DNA from: an uncultured candidate division Zixibacteria bacterium
GTDB lineage: Bacteria; Zixibacteria; MSB-5A5; UBA10806; 4484-95
Direction: 5' to 3'
NCBI GenBank assembly: GCA_963668625.2
Contig: CAXXKA010000008.1
Location: 672,001-736,000, forward strand
Length of the DNA stretch: 64,000 nucleotides
The notes below the pieces were generated by a model. That model made no database searches and had not been told where the DNA came from. It worked only from the letters and a program-made list of their open reading frames with translations. Shown in pieces: positions 1-10,109 of the stretch. Made by a program: the position numbers and the translations under genes. Each line of letters begins with the position of its first letter. Position 1 is the stretch's first letter.

Positions 1-57
1 CCCACCTGGGAAGACATGAAGAAAATGATGGCGAAATTGAAGGAGTTAAGTGACTGA
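1..57 (+). CDS. 3' end of a gene running into the window, probably family-4 uracil-DNA glycosylase
   Basis: Frame reads PTWEDMKKMMAKLKELSD*, resembling the UDG-F4 C-terminus; stop is 2 nt before dnaB. Fragment only. Confidence 0.45.
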   Translation, partial: PTWEDMKKMMAKLKELSD

Positions 58-59
58 CG

Positions 60-1406
60 ATGGCCGAGACAACCGAGAAAATTCCACCACAGGCGCTGGA
101 GGCCGAACAGGCGGTATTAGGCGCGATGCTTCTCTCACGGGAGGCAATCGATATAGCTATAGAGATATTATCCGATAGCTTTTTCTACCGCCCGGCCCAT
201 CGCAAAATATACAAAGTCATTATCGATCTTTACGATAAAAACGAACCCGCCGATCTGATCACCGTTTCCCACGAATTAAATAACCGTGCCCAGCTCGAGG
301 ATGTCGGCGGACGAGCTTACCTGGCCAGCCTGACCGAGGCTACGCCGGGTATCGCCAATATAGAACATCACGCGAATATCATCATAGAAAAAGCCACACT
401 AAACAGGTTGATCGAATCGGCCAACACCATCCTGACAAAGGTATTCGATCAAACACAAAACGTTGATGATATCCTGGATTCGGCCGAGCATGAGATATTC
501 TCTATCAAGGAGGAGAAACTCAAAGGCACGTTCGTACCGCTCGGGGATATCCTTCCCGGCACGTTCAAAGATATCGAGATGTACGCCCAGCACGAGGGGC
601 ATCTTACCGGCGTGCCCAGTGGTTTCAAGCCCCTGGATGACCTGACCTCGGGATTCCAGAAATCGGATCTTATCATCGTAGCTTGCAGGCCATCTGTGGG
701 TAAAACCTCACTGAGTATGAATATCGTCGAGCACCTGTCGGTTGATAATAAAATACCGACTATCATATTTTCGCTGGAGATGTCCAAGGAGCAGTTGGCC
801 CAGAGACTATTGTGCTCACGCGCCCGTATCTCCTCGCATCTGATGCGTACGGGCAAGCTGGCTGATGAGCAATGGACCAATCTTTCGATCGCGGTCGGCC
901 CTCTGTCGGAGGCGCCTATTTTCATCGATGATACCCCCTCGATGACGGTGCTCGAGATGCGGGCCAAGGCCAGGCGATTGAAAGCGCGTGAAAATATAGG
1001 ACTGATAGTAATAGACTACCTTCAGCTTATACAGGGCCCCAAACGCGCCGAAAGCCGTCAGCAGGAGGTTAGCTATATCTCGCGTTCACTCAAAGGTATG
1101 GCCAGGGAGTTGGGCGTGCCGGTGGTATCGTTGTCGCAGCTATCTCGTCAAGTGGAATTGCGCGGTAAGGATGCCAAACCCCAGCTTTCGGATTTACGTG
1201 AGTCGGGCAGTATCGAGCAGGACGCGGATGTCGTGCTATTCATTCATCGCCCCCGTGATGATGACGGCCAATGGGGTACTGATGCCGAGATAATCCTGGC
1301 CAAGCAACGTAACGGCCCGACCGGGAAGATCGACCTGGTGTTCGTAAAGGATTTCTCGCGCTTCGAGCTACGCGAACTATATCATGGTTTCCCCGGGGAT
1401 GAGTAA
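60..1406 (+). CDS. dnaB: Replicative DNA helicase DnaB
   Basis: PPQALEAEQAVLG N-terminus, Walker A RPSVGKT, IVIDYLQL, LSDLRESGSIEQDAD, KQRNGPTG. Confidence 0.98.
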   Translation: MAETTEKIPPQALEAEQAVLGAMLLSREAIDIAIEILSDSFFYRPAHRKIYKVIIDLYDKNEPADLITVSHELNNRAQLEDVGGRAYLASLTEATPGIANIEHHANIIIEKATLNRLIESANTILTKVFDQTQNVDDILDSAEHEIFSIKEEKLKGTFVPLGDILPGTFKDIEMYAQHEGHLTGVPSGFKPLDDLTSGFQKSDLIIVACRPSVGKTSLSMNIVEHLSVDNKIPTIIFSLEMSKEQLAQRLLCSRARISSHLMRTGKLADEQWTNLSIAVGPLSEAPIFIDDTPSMTVLEMRAKARRLKARENIGLIVIDYLQLIQGPKRAESRQQEVSYISRSLKGMARELGVPVVSLSQLSRQVELRGKDAKPQLSDLRESGSIEQDADVVLFIHRPRDDDGQWGTDAEIILAKQRNGPTGKIDLVFVKDFSRFELRELYHGFPGDE

Positions 1407-1914
1407 CCGCTAAACGGTTATCATCATACGCTGTTACCAATCCCACATAAAATACACGGTAGTCCTCCAAGAGTGATTGACATCCAGCTTTAGTATATTC
1501 TCTTTGGTTTGCTAACAACGGATATCTATTCTATCATGGCGGATGCTATAAATAAGCTTATTTTCAATCTTAAAATAATCTAAAAGTCACTTCCTTAGCG
1601 GTCACATTCGGTATGGTTTCCGCTCATAAAATTTCGTATCGTATCGCCATGTTCCACGAGGTCAAAATTACCTTTTCGGGCAATTCCGATCAAATAAAAG
1701 AGAGTCCAGACCCTATTGTCCGACAATTCATACAGGGGCGTGTGAAAGGTTCTTTAGCTACCATTAAGCCTTAAGTATTTAACGCTTTAGCCGACTAATA
1801 ATAAAAAAGTTGGAAACAATGTAGAAAAAGGTATTTACAATGGCTGAAGTAGAGACTATAATGCCTCCGGAAACCGAAGAAAAAGATTTTGACGAGCCGT
1901 CAGGGCGGAGGGAC

Positions 1915-2943
1915 ATGTCCTGGTTTAATTTTCTTTCCAATGACATCGGAATAGATTTAGGTACAGCAAATACATTGGTATACGTTCGCGGATCCGGAAT
2001 CGTTTTGAACGAGCCTTCCGTCGTAGCTATCGAAAAAGACTCAGGCAAAATTTTAGCTGTTGGAATCGCGGCCAAGGAGATGATCGGTCGTACACCGGGC
2101 AGTATAGATGCTATCAGGCCGTTGAAAGACGGCGTAATTGCCGATTTCGATATTACCGAACGTATGCTTTCGGATTTCATCAAGCGAGTCGTAAAACATC
2201 GCTACCTGATGAAACCGAAAATCGTGATCTCCGTACCTTCGGGAATTACCGAGGTGGAGAAACGTGCCGTACGTGATTCAGCCGAAAATGCCGGCGCTCG
2301 AGAGGTTTATCTCATACAGGAGCCGATGGCGGCCGCTATCGGTGTCGGCCTACCGGTCGATCAGCCATCCGGTTCGATGATTATCGATATCGGCGGCGGA
2401 ACCTCGGAGATCGCTGTAATCGCGCTTCACGATATCGTATCCAACACCTCCGTGCGTATTGCCGGTGATGAGTTGGATGACGTTATCGGGCAATATTTCA
2501 AGAAAAACTACAACCTTCTGATAGGCGAACGTACCGCCGAGCAAATCAAACTCAAAATTGGTTCCGCATATCCTATGGATAAAGAGGAATCGATGGAGAT
2601 TAAGGGTCGTGACCTGGTTGCCGGCGTGCCTAAAACTATGAAAATTACCTCCTCGCAAGTACGAGAGGCGATTTCCGAACCCGTGGATGCCATTATCGAT
2701 GCTGTCAGGCTGGCGCTGGAACAAACACCGCCGGAGCTGGCCTCGGATATCCTCGATCGGGGGATTATCTTAACAGGTGGCGGCGCTATGATTCGCGGCC
2801 TGGATAAAAGGCTCAGGCAGGAAACCAATCTGCCGGTTATAGTCGCTGATGATCCATTGACTTGCGTGGCACGCGGTACGGGCATAGTTCTGGAAAACAT
2901 GACGAAATATCAGAAAGTTCTCTTGAAATCTCGTCGCGATTAG
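1915..2943 (+). CDS. mreB: Rod shape-determining protein MreB (ORF open from 1840; ATG 1915 with GGAGG RBS is the more likely start)
   Basis: GIDLGTANT, EPSVVA, PLKDGVIADF, DIGGGT, LTGGGA motifs. Confidence 0.97.
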   Translation: MSWFNFLSNDIGIDLGTANTLVYVRGSGIVLNEPSVVAIEKDSGKILAVGIAAKEMIGRTPGSIDAIRPLKDGVIADFDITERMLSDFIKRVVKHRYLMKPKIVISVPSGITEVEKRAVRDSAENAGAREVYLIQEPMAAAIGVGLPVDQPSGSMIIDIGGGTSEIAVIALHDIVSNTSVRIAGDELDDVIGQYFKKNYNLLIGERTAEQIKLKIGSAYPMDKEESMEIKGRDLVAGVPKTMKITSSQVREAISEPVDAIIDAVRLALEQTPPELASDILDRGIILTGGGAMIRGLDKRLRQETNLPVIVADDPLTCVARGTGIVLENMTKYQKVLLKSRRD

Positions 2944-3059
2944 AAAGCAATCCCGGCAATAATAGAATAGTTATTGATTTGGGTGAAGTGTTAAGTAATA
3001 ATTAAGTTTTTAACTTGACACCGGGCTTTAAATCTATATTTTCGTAGAGTGATTTTTCT

Positions 3060-3131
3060 GGGGGTGTAGCTCAGTGGTAGAGCATCTGCCTTTTAAGCAG
3101 GTGGTCGAAGGTTCAATCCCTTCCACCCTCA
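3060..3131 (+). tRNA. tRNA-Lys(TTT)
   Basis: GGGGGTG/CACCCTC acceptor stem, TAGCTCAGTGGTAGAGC D-arm, TCTGC-CTTTTAA-GCAGG anticodon arm, GGTTCAATCC T-loop; TTGACA promoter upstream. Confidence 0.96.
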
Positions 3132-3673
3132 CTTGATTTCCAACGAGTTACATGGATTTTAAAACACATCGAAAATCTACTATGTATTATTATGTCACAA
3201 GACTATTGTAATTAGCTATAACAATCCCAACTAGCTTAGTGCCCCGAATTTAAATGATACCAGAAAACACCACAGATCAACCGCGGTTGTTACTGTATTG
3301 TTGACGCAATAGAAATTCAGGCTATAGATATTTCTAAAGTTACGACTTCCGGATTATATGCTTACTTAAGCGTCCGAGTACAAAAAAACCACCAGACACT
3401 AATCTGTAATAATAGCAATATGTTATAGGATATAGCGTGTCTGGTGTTTTGGCTGGTTATGTTAGAAAAATGTTAGAAATCGAGGTTCATTACGGTTAAC
3501 TAAAATAAATCATATTGCTAAAAATATCATTTTCAAATGCAAGTAATTGAGAGCTAAATTCGCTTTTAAATAGTATTTTATCCATAATACTTAAACTATA
3601 TTGACAAATAGGTGTAATATATTATTATAATGTTAATTATAAACAGATTGGGAATTTTACCAGTGGAGTATGT

Positions 3674-5197
3674 ATGAAAACAATTATAACAGCCATCTTC
3701 ATACTAAGTTTGGCATGTTTTTGTTATGCCGATGAGGAACTTGCATTAGTTGATATTATAAGTTTTACAGATTTGGATACCGATGCAGAAATCACCTCGA
3801 TTAATAATGTAGGTGATTTCAATGCTGATGGCTACGATGATTTATTGATCGGTATTTACCAGGGGCCTACAGCTACCGATTTTCGTGAAGCAGCCTTTCT
3901 GTATTATGGCGGGCCTATTTTTGACACTGAACCTGACTTGATTTTCAAAGGCGAACCAAATGCTGAATTTTGCTACCCCGATGTTACTGCAGGCTTTGGC
4001 CGAAGAGCCTGTGGTTTAGGCGATTTCAATGCTGATGGTTATGATGATATAGTAATATCAGCTTCCGGGTTGTGTATTGACGATTTATATCAAGGGCGAT
4101 TATACTTTTACTTCGGATCACCTGAACCAGATACTACTATTGATTTAATAATCGATGGTGAAAGGTATAGAGATTTTCTTGGACGTTATTTAATCGCGGG
4201 TGATTTCAACGGAGATAACATTGGTGACTTATATACCTGCACTGATAACAGTTACTATGGCCCACAGGTGTTCATCTATTTGGGCAGCGATTCTCCTAAT
4301 AATACTCGTGATTTTATCTATGATTATTCCTATCAAGAAGTATACCTTGAAGGAATTGGGGGTGGATTTGATATAAACGGTGATAGTTGTGATGAATTTA
4401 ATTGGAATATTTATTTAAATGATTTGTATTCAGTATATTTAAATTTAGGATCAGATGAACTCAACTTAGAACCTGATTATCGATTCGATAATGTTTTATT
4501 TATAGGGGACATATCTTGCGATGGTATTGATGATTTCATAATGCACAATTCAGAAAATGAATATTTTCTTTATTTAGGGGGAGATCCGGTCGATATATTG
4601 CCCGATTTTTATATGTGGACAGAGAATTATTTTCAATGTAATCCCTTTGTTTGTGAATTGGCAACTGGGGATTATAGATTAATTACCGAGGATTTTATGA
4701 ACACCCAAATATCATGCTATAATATAGGTGTACCATTTAATACAGAGCCATGTGCTAATTATAATTACCACCAATCCCGGTGTATAAGCTACCCTTTAAG
4801 TATTGGGGATATTAACGCAGATGGATTAAATGAATTCTCCATAAATTATGTAACAGATTCTCTTCAAGATATGATTTATTTATATTCAATGTCAACAGTA
4901 AGTATTGGCGATTATTATAGCCATATTCCTATGGATAAAGAATTGATTTCCTGCTATCCCAATCCATTTAATTCATCAACAATTATAAGTTACTCATCAT
5001 CGGAGGGAGGTGATATAGGAATATATGATATTACAGGTAGATTGGTCAAAAGCTACCTGATGGGGGATTTGAAGGAGGGGAATATAATCTGGGATGGTAC
5101 CAATTATCAAGGTGATAAGGTGTCATCCGGTATATACTTTGTTAAATTACAAAGCCTTCAAAGTTCAGTTTCCACTAAACTAATATTTATGAAATAG
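3674..5197 (+). CDS. Secreted FG-GAP (integrin-alpha-like) repeat protein with C-terminal YPNPFN/FlgD-Ig sorting domain
   Basis: Signal peptide; repeated GDFNADGYDD motifs; C-terminal CYPNPFNSST...IYDITGRLVK...SGIYFVKL...KLIFMK. Confidence 0.88.
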   Translation: MKTIITAIFILSLACFCYADEELALVDIISFTDLDTDAEITSINNVGDFNADGYDDLLIGIYQGPTATDFREAAFLYYGGPIFDTEPDLIFKGEPNAEFCYPDVTAGFGRRACGLGDFNADGYDDIVISASGLCIDDLYQGRLYFYFGSPEPDTTIDLIIDGERYRDFLGRYLIAGDFNGDNIGDLYTCTDNSYYGPQVFIYLGSDSPNNTRDFIYDYSYQEVYLEGIGGGFDINGDSCDEFNWNIYLNDLYSVYLNLGSDELNLEPDYRFDNVLFIGDISCDGIDDFIMHNSENEYFLYLGGDPVDILPDFYMWTENYFQCNPFVCELATGDYRLITEDFMNTQISCYNIGVPFNTEPCANYNYHQSRCISYPLSIGDINADGLNEFSINYVTDSLQDMIYLYSMSTVSIGDYYSHIPMDKELISCYPNPFNSSTIISYSSSEGGDIGIYDITGRLVKSYLMGDLKEGNIIWDGTNYQGDKVSSGIYFVKLQSLQSSVSTKLIFMK

Positions 5198-5236
5198 TTG
5201 ATTAGGTTCAGCTATTATTTTTCAGGGGGGAAGTTA

Positions 5237-5359
5237 GTGTTACACAAGTTTACATTTGTGTCCTTCATGGTTGTGCTTATTACAAATATGGTATTTGGTA
5301 TAAGCCATACTGTTAATTTTAACGAAACAGGTAACCCACCAGTATGGTGGGCAAGCTAA
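5237..5359 (+). pseudogene. Short signal-peptide stub (MLHKFTFVSFMVVLITNMVFGISHTVNFNETGNPPVWWAS*) running into repeat R1
   Basis: GGGGGG RBS-like run, GTG start, hydrophobic N-terminus; last 10 codons lie within repeat R. Confidence 0.4.
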
Positions 5360-5449
5360 AGCCTCACAGCCATATATAATTGAGCACTAAACTAAATACA
5401 GGCTAATCTTTAATTATTGAAAGACAACTAGCTGAGCAGGGATTCGAAC
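5325..5449. repeat. Direct repeat R, copy 1 (~125 bp), ending in a reverse-strand tRNA-3'-end-like sequence
   Basis: Matches 9238-9362 with about 7 mismatches; reverse complement of its end reads GTTCGAATCCCTGCTCAGCTA. Confidence 0.9.
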
Positions 5450-6162
5450 AGGTGGTGAGGACATGTTTCATCAAAGCGGCATATAGAAATACTGAATATA
5501 GCCGTAATTGTCACCTGGCTCAGAATTGGAATCTAAAGATAATTATAGGGTTAGGATAATTGGCAAGCTAAAGCGTGTTTGTTAATAAAACTGTTTCAAA
5601 TTAGTGAATAATAAGAAATTCAGCCTATTATTTCATGCTTCTAATGAAAAAGCTGGCAAAAGTCGGGGGTTTATAGCGGGGGTTGGTATTATTGATAGTG
5701 CGAAGATGTTATTCAAGTCAATGGCAATTTACTATCGTGATTCAGTTAGTTACTAGTAACTAATCAAGAATTAGGCTGTTATGCTGGTTGTAGGATTAAA
5801 ATGATTGTTGAGCAGCTTAGTCGCATACTCTTAAATTGTTATCTATTGGCAGGAAACTTATAATCGGTCCTTACTCAAAAAGGACTGATATAAATTATAT
5901 CAGCAAGATCGGGATTTAAAGCCAGTAATATTGAATCAACTACTTATCCCAAGTTGAATTCAAGTAATGAATATTATTTATCTTTTCTGAGTTATTTTAG
6001 TAAATTTATTCTTTAAAGTATATTCTGTTGATCAATAAAGACTTAAATTTGATTAAACTCATGCTTCCACTACTAGAATACACTGACCAGGTACCTCGGC
6101 AGTTCCCCTTTTATTGATAAAAGCGGTTACTAATGTATTACCGTTGCGATTTAATTTAACAA

Positions 6163-6343
6163 TAATTCTATAATAAATAACTTGGCCTGAAAGTCAATAC
6201 TGATTATATAAAACAAGGATTTTTAGCTTAAGTATTAGATGTTCGTTTTGGCTTAAAATCTTGGATTAGTTTAAAGTTTAGAAATTTGTCATATAATTTT
6301 AAGATTATCTAGTGGAATTTAATCTTGGAGGTGTAAGTGAGTA
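6163..6343 (+). repeat. Duplicated upstream region U, copy 1 (~180 bp, includes RBS and GTG start)
   Basis: Identical to 7845-8025 except 2 adjacent nt. Confidence 0.93.
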
Positions 6344-7560
6344 CGGGAATAATAAAATTTAACCGGCTACTTATTAGCATAATAGTGATATTGCTAGTGC
6401 CTACCTGTTATGCTCAGGTTATTTCGATCGAGGAATACCTGAATTCGGCAATGGCTGATAAGCAGTCTGGGTTAAAATACTCAAAGGACTTTGATGGTAA
6501 TTATTATTCAACATTTGTTACAAGAGAATATGTTGCTATTCGAGAGCAAAGTCTTTACCCCAAAAATGTGGATAAAGGCCAAATGGAAAACATTTACAAA
6601 CCACATAAAATAAGCTTCCTATCAGGGGAGAATAAACTCGCCGAATTAGATTTAAATGGTGAAAACTACATGGTTAAAGGAGTTATTAAATCAGAAGATG
6701 AGGATTTATTCATATATACTTCCAGGGTAGATGGAAAATACTGTTCTAGTATTCGTAAACTTGACGGCAGTTTGATTAGCATCCTAAATTGCCCGCCCTT
6801 TGTTACATGTTCTCCGGGGGGTGTATATTATTATAACTCTCGTGCCAATGACGGATTGAGTATTTACGACGAGTATGGTAATTTTATTTTTGCTATCCCA
6901 TGTATTGGGAGTTATTCTGCTAAAGCAGTATCAGATTCTCTAATTTTAGTTTTGGATGCAAACAGTTTATCGATGTGGGATATTTCCTATAAGAGTGTCA
7001 TTTGGAAAACTGAAATTCCATCACCATCATTTAAGCTTTCAGGCAATTCCATTATCAAATTCTCATTACTTCACAATATTATTGCAGTAAATGGATTGTA
7101 TGGATGTTACTGTTTTGATTTTAACGGTAATTTCTTGTGGCAAAAAGAATATGATTCCAATCAGGAACGACTGCAAATGTTAGGTATTTCTTCATTTAGC
7201 GGTGAATTAGTCACCATCAGGCAAGATTACAATCTAAAAAACTCAATTATTGAGTTTTTTACTGTGGATGGGAAATTAAGAACAAATAAAAAAATGAATT
7301 GGATTAATTCGCAAAATGCGTTTCGGGAATGGGATAAAGACCTTTTAATATTTGAGGATATCATTATGGTTCCTTGCATTTCAGGGAATTATAATACTCG
7401 AGACTATTACACAAGTATAATAACCTTTGAAAATGATGAACCCCAAATTACCAATATTGCGGGCTTCTGGTATTTTCTTGAATCTAAAACAGGAGAAACT
7501 CATATAGTTGGCTTTTCCCCAGATGATAATAAGATAAAATCATTTAAAATCGTACTATAG
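6337..7560 (+). CDS. Secreted hypothetical protein, probable beta-propeller; paralog of 8019-9239
   Basis: GGAGG RBS, signal peptide ending CYA-Q; shares AQVISIEE, LNGENY, CSPGG, GCYCF, GFWY motifs with its paralog. Confidence 0.8.
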   Translation: MSTGIIKFNRLLISIIVILLVPTCYAQVISIEEYLNSAMADKQSGLKYSKDFDGNYYSTFVTREYVAIREQSLYPKNVDKGQMENIYKPHKISFLSGENKLAELDLNGENYMVKGVIKSEDEDLFIYTSRVDGKYCSSIRKLDGSLISILNCPPFVTCSPGGVYYYNSRANDGLSIYDEYGNFIFAIPCIGSYSAKAVSDSLILVLDANSLSMWDISYKSVIWKTEIPSPSFKLSGNSIIKFSLLHNIIAVNGLYGCYCFDFNGNFLWQKEYDSNQERLQMLGISSFSGELVTIRQDYNLKNSIIEFFTVDGKLRTNKKMNWINSQNAFREWDKDLLIFEDIIMVPCISGNYNTRDYYTSIITFENDEPQITNIAGFWYFLESKTGETHIVGFSPDDNKIKSFKIVL

Positions 7561-7603
7561 AAAGAGTAATAAGTTATGAAACATAATAATGCATTGACAC
7601 TGA

Positions 7604-7844
7604 TCTTTCATCTCGTTGCGAAGCGCTGCTTCGCAACGTGGCTTGTTTGCCGGCAGAATGCGCATTCTACATGATTCAAGAAGGTTTCCAAGCAGCGCTT
7701 GGAAACCAGAAAACCAAGCCTAACATCGGCAGGATATGTCAGGATGAATGATACGCTGAATAAAATAATTATATCGGAAAATATTTCTCATTAACAATTC
7801 CAAGGAGAAATTTAAAATTTAACGAAAAACACCGGACACTAGTG
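7604..7844 (+). mobile_element. IS4-end MITE copy, left end missing
   Basis: Near-identical to 45776-46030; ends CCGGACACTAGTG like the IS4 at 19578-20843. Confidence 0.88.
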
Positions 7845-8025
7845 TAATTCTATAATAAATAACTTGGCCTGAAAGTCAATACTGATTATATAAAACAAGG
7901 ATTTTTAGCTTAAGTATTAGATGTTCGTTTTGGCTTAAAATCTTGGATTAGTTTAAAGTTTAGAAATTTGTCATATAATTTTAAGATTATCTAGTGGAAT
8001 TTAATACTGGAGGTGTAAGTGAGTA
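7845..8025 (+). repeat. Duplicated upstream region U, copy 2
   Basis: Matches 6163-6343; begins immediately after the MITE right end. Confidence 0.93.
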
Positions 8026-9239
8026 TGAAAAGAAGAATTCGATGTTGGGTACTGATTTGTTTTACATTGATATTGCTAGTACCAGCATGCTATGCCCAAG
8101 TTATATCAATTGAGGAATTTATTCAGTCAGCTATGGCTGATAAGCAGTTAGAGTTAAATTATGCGATCAATACAGAAGGGGTTTTTTACGCTGCTATTTC
8201 AACTGATAACTACATTATCTTTGAAGAAGCCAAATTATACTCTCGAACATCTCAGGCTCATGGTGATGTAAGGATCAGCAAACCCCATAAGATTCATATT
8301 TTATCAACAGAAAACAGTATGACTGAATTTAATCTAAATGGAGAAAACTATATCGTTCAAGGATTATTTACAGCAGATGACGAAGACTACTTTATTTACT
8401 CTGCTAAAATGAATGATAATTTTGGGGCGCAATTATATTCAATTGATGGTATTTTTATTCGTACATTAAATTGCCCTGCAAATGTAAAGTGTTCTCCAGG
8501 TGGTAAGTATTATTATGAAGAACGCGGACAGATGGGATTTGGTATATATGATGAGCTTGGTAACTTTAAATTCAATATAAACTGTTTGGGGGAGTTTTTC
8601 TCTAAGGCAGTATCTGACTCATATCTCCTTGTTTTAGATGCTAAATCCCTAGCATTGTGGGATATTAATTCAAAGCGTATAGTATGGAAATCTGATATCC
8701 CAAACACTTCATATAAAATCTCAGGATTATCGATTATTTCTTTCTCTGAACAACATGATTTAATATTATTCAATGCTTATGACGGTTGTTATTGCTTTAA
8801 TTTCCATGGTGATTTTTTGTGGTTTAAGGATATTGATAGAAACTATAGCCGGTTTCAAACGTTTGGAATATCTGAGTCAAATGGTGAGATTATGGTTCTT
8901 ATAGCAAACAGCGCTATAATGGACTTGGAACTTAACATCTTTGACAAGAATGGCAATCTGAACAAACAAATCCCCTTACAAGTTCAAAATTCTCAAGAAC
9001 TACTAGGAGCTTGGGATTCTGAATTAATGGTTTATGATGATTATATTGTTATACCCTATATTACCGGTCACCAAAATGATCGGAAGTGTTATTCAAGTAT
9101 TCTGGCATTGAGTGATAATCAACTATCAATATATAATATTTATGGTTTTTGGTATTTACTAAAGATCAATCAAAATCAATTGTGTTTTATCGGCTATGAA
9201 TCTAATCAAGAATCCATAAAATCTTATGGCATTCGATAA
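8019..9239 (+). CDS. Secreted hypothetical protein, probable beta-propeller; paralog of 6337-7560
   Basis: Signal peptide; colinear motifs with the 407-aa paralog. Confidence 0.8.
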   Translation: MSMKRRIRCWVLICFTLILLVPACYAQVISIEEFIQSAMADKQLELNYAINTEGVFYAAISTDNYIIFEEAKLYSRTSQAHGDVRISKPHKIHILSTENSMTEFNLNGENYIVQGLFTADDEDYFIYSAKMNDNFGAQLYSIDGIFIRTLNCPANVKCSPGGKYYYEERGQMGFGIYDELGNFKFNINCLGEFFSKAVSDSYLLVLDAKSLALWDINSKRIVWKSDIPNTSYKISGLSIISFSEQHDLILFNAYDGCYCFNFHGDFLWFKDIDRNYSRFQTFGISESNGEIMVLIANSAIMDLELNIFDKNGNLNKQIPLQVQNSQELLGAWDSELMVYDDYIVIPYITGHQNDRKCYSSILALSDNQLSIYNIYGFWYLLKINQNQLCFIGYESNQESIKSYGIR

Positions 9240-9362
9240 ACAGGTAACCCACCAGTATGGTAGGCAAGCTAAAGCCTCACAGCCATATATAATTGAGCAC
9301 TAAACTAAATACAGGCTAATCCTTAATTATTGAAAGACAAGTAGCGGAGCAGGGACTTAAAC
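9238..9362. repeat. Direct repeat R, copy 2
   Basis: Matches 5325-5449; reverse complement of its end and adjacent bases reads GGGGTTTAAGTCCCTGCTCCGCTAC. Confidence 0.9.
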
Positions 9363-9417
9363 CCCGGACTTCGTCCGCCCAGCGACTCATGCAAATGGCT
9401 TTTTGAACAACCCCCTA

Positions 9418-10062
9418 AGGAGAAGACACCTGGGACACGTACGATTATACAGAGCCTTACCGATCCTAACAGCGGTTACATGTGTCGTGACCGCAAGGGC
9501 GAAGGTTTTTGCTATCTTGATCATGTTACCACCGACAGTAAACAGAATATAATAACGGATGTTTATGTAACACCCGGTAATGTACACGATTCGGTTCCTT
9601 ATTTAAAGAGGTTGGATTATCAGATAGAAAAGTTCAATTTTGGTGTTGGTGGCGTTGGTCTGGATGCCGGTTACAGCACGACTCCTATTTGTAAGGGGCT
9701 TGCTGATCATCAGATATTCGGTGTGATTCAGTATGCTAGAGTACGTTGTAAGGGGCTTAAGTATCAGAAGCGTCATTTTAAATATAATTCTACGAAAGAT
9801 GTTTATATTTGTCCGGAGGGTCATGAGCTTTGTTAGAGGTATTAAAAAGGTCACCGAACAGTGTTTGATGACTGCCATTGCCATGAACATAAAGAAGATA
9901 GCCTGTTGTTTTCATTATGTTATCTATTATTGGTTGAAAACTCGGTTAAATCCGGCGTTTTGATTTCAACAACTCGATTCTACGCAATCTAAATTAACAA
10001 TCCTTTAAAATATTACAAAAACAAAAGGGAGTCTCGAAAAACTCCCTTTTGCCATCAGTCTG
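9418..10062 (+). pseudogene. IS1182-family transposase remnant (5'-truncated, internal deletion/frameshift)
   Basis: GFCYLDHVTTD...NIITDVYVTPGNVHDS...LDAGY...DVYICPEG, then in another frame RGIKKVTEQCLMTAIAMNIKKIA; IS1182-like end TTTTGCCATCAGTCTG. Confidence 0.8.
10024..10050. terminator. Probable bidirectional intrinsic terminator
   Basis: AAAAGGGAGT-ctcgaaaa-ACTCCCTTTT hairpin between convergent units. Confidence 0.6.
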
Positions 10063-10109
10063 AAGGGAGCATTGCTGCTCCCTCGTAAATATCAATTCAA
10101 ATCAGTTTT

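Noticed and set aside
1840-1914. Acidic N-terminal extension on MreB
   Set aside because: ATG 1915 has a GGAGG RBS and gives a canonical start; the extension cannot be supported
3383-3450. Long imperfect inverted repeat ACCAGACAC...GTGTCTGGT as an ncRNA
   Set aside because: Single copy with no recognisable family; more likely an integrative-element end remnant
5328-5372. Resemblance of repeat R (GGTAAC-CCACC...GGTGGG-CAAGCTAAAGCC) to a c-di-GMP-I riboswitch
   Set aside because: Lacks the GNRA loop, the GACGC motif and a P2 stem; copy 2 breaks the stem; it lies downstream of genes
6337-9239. Diversity-generating retroelement or integron explanation for the paralogs
   Set aside because: No reverse transcriptase, no adenine-specific TR/VR pair, no integrase and no recognisable attC sites
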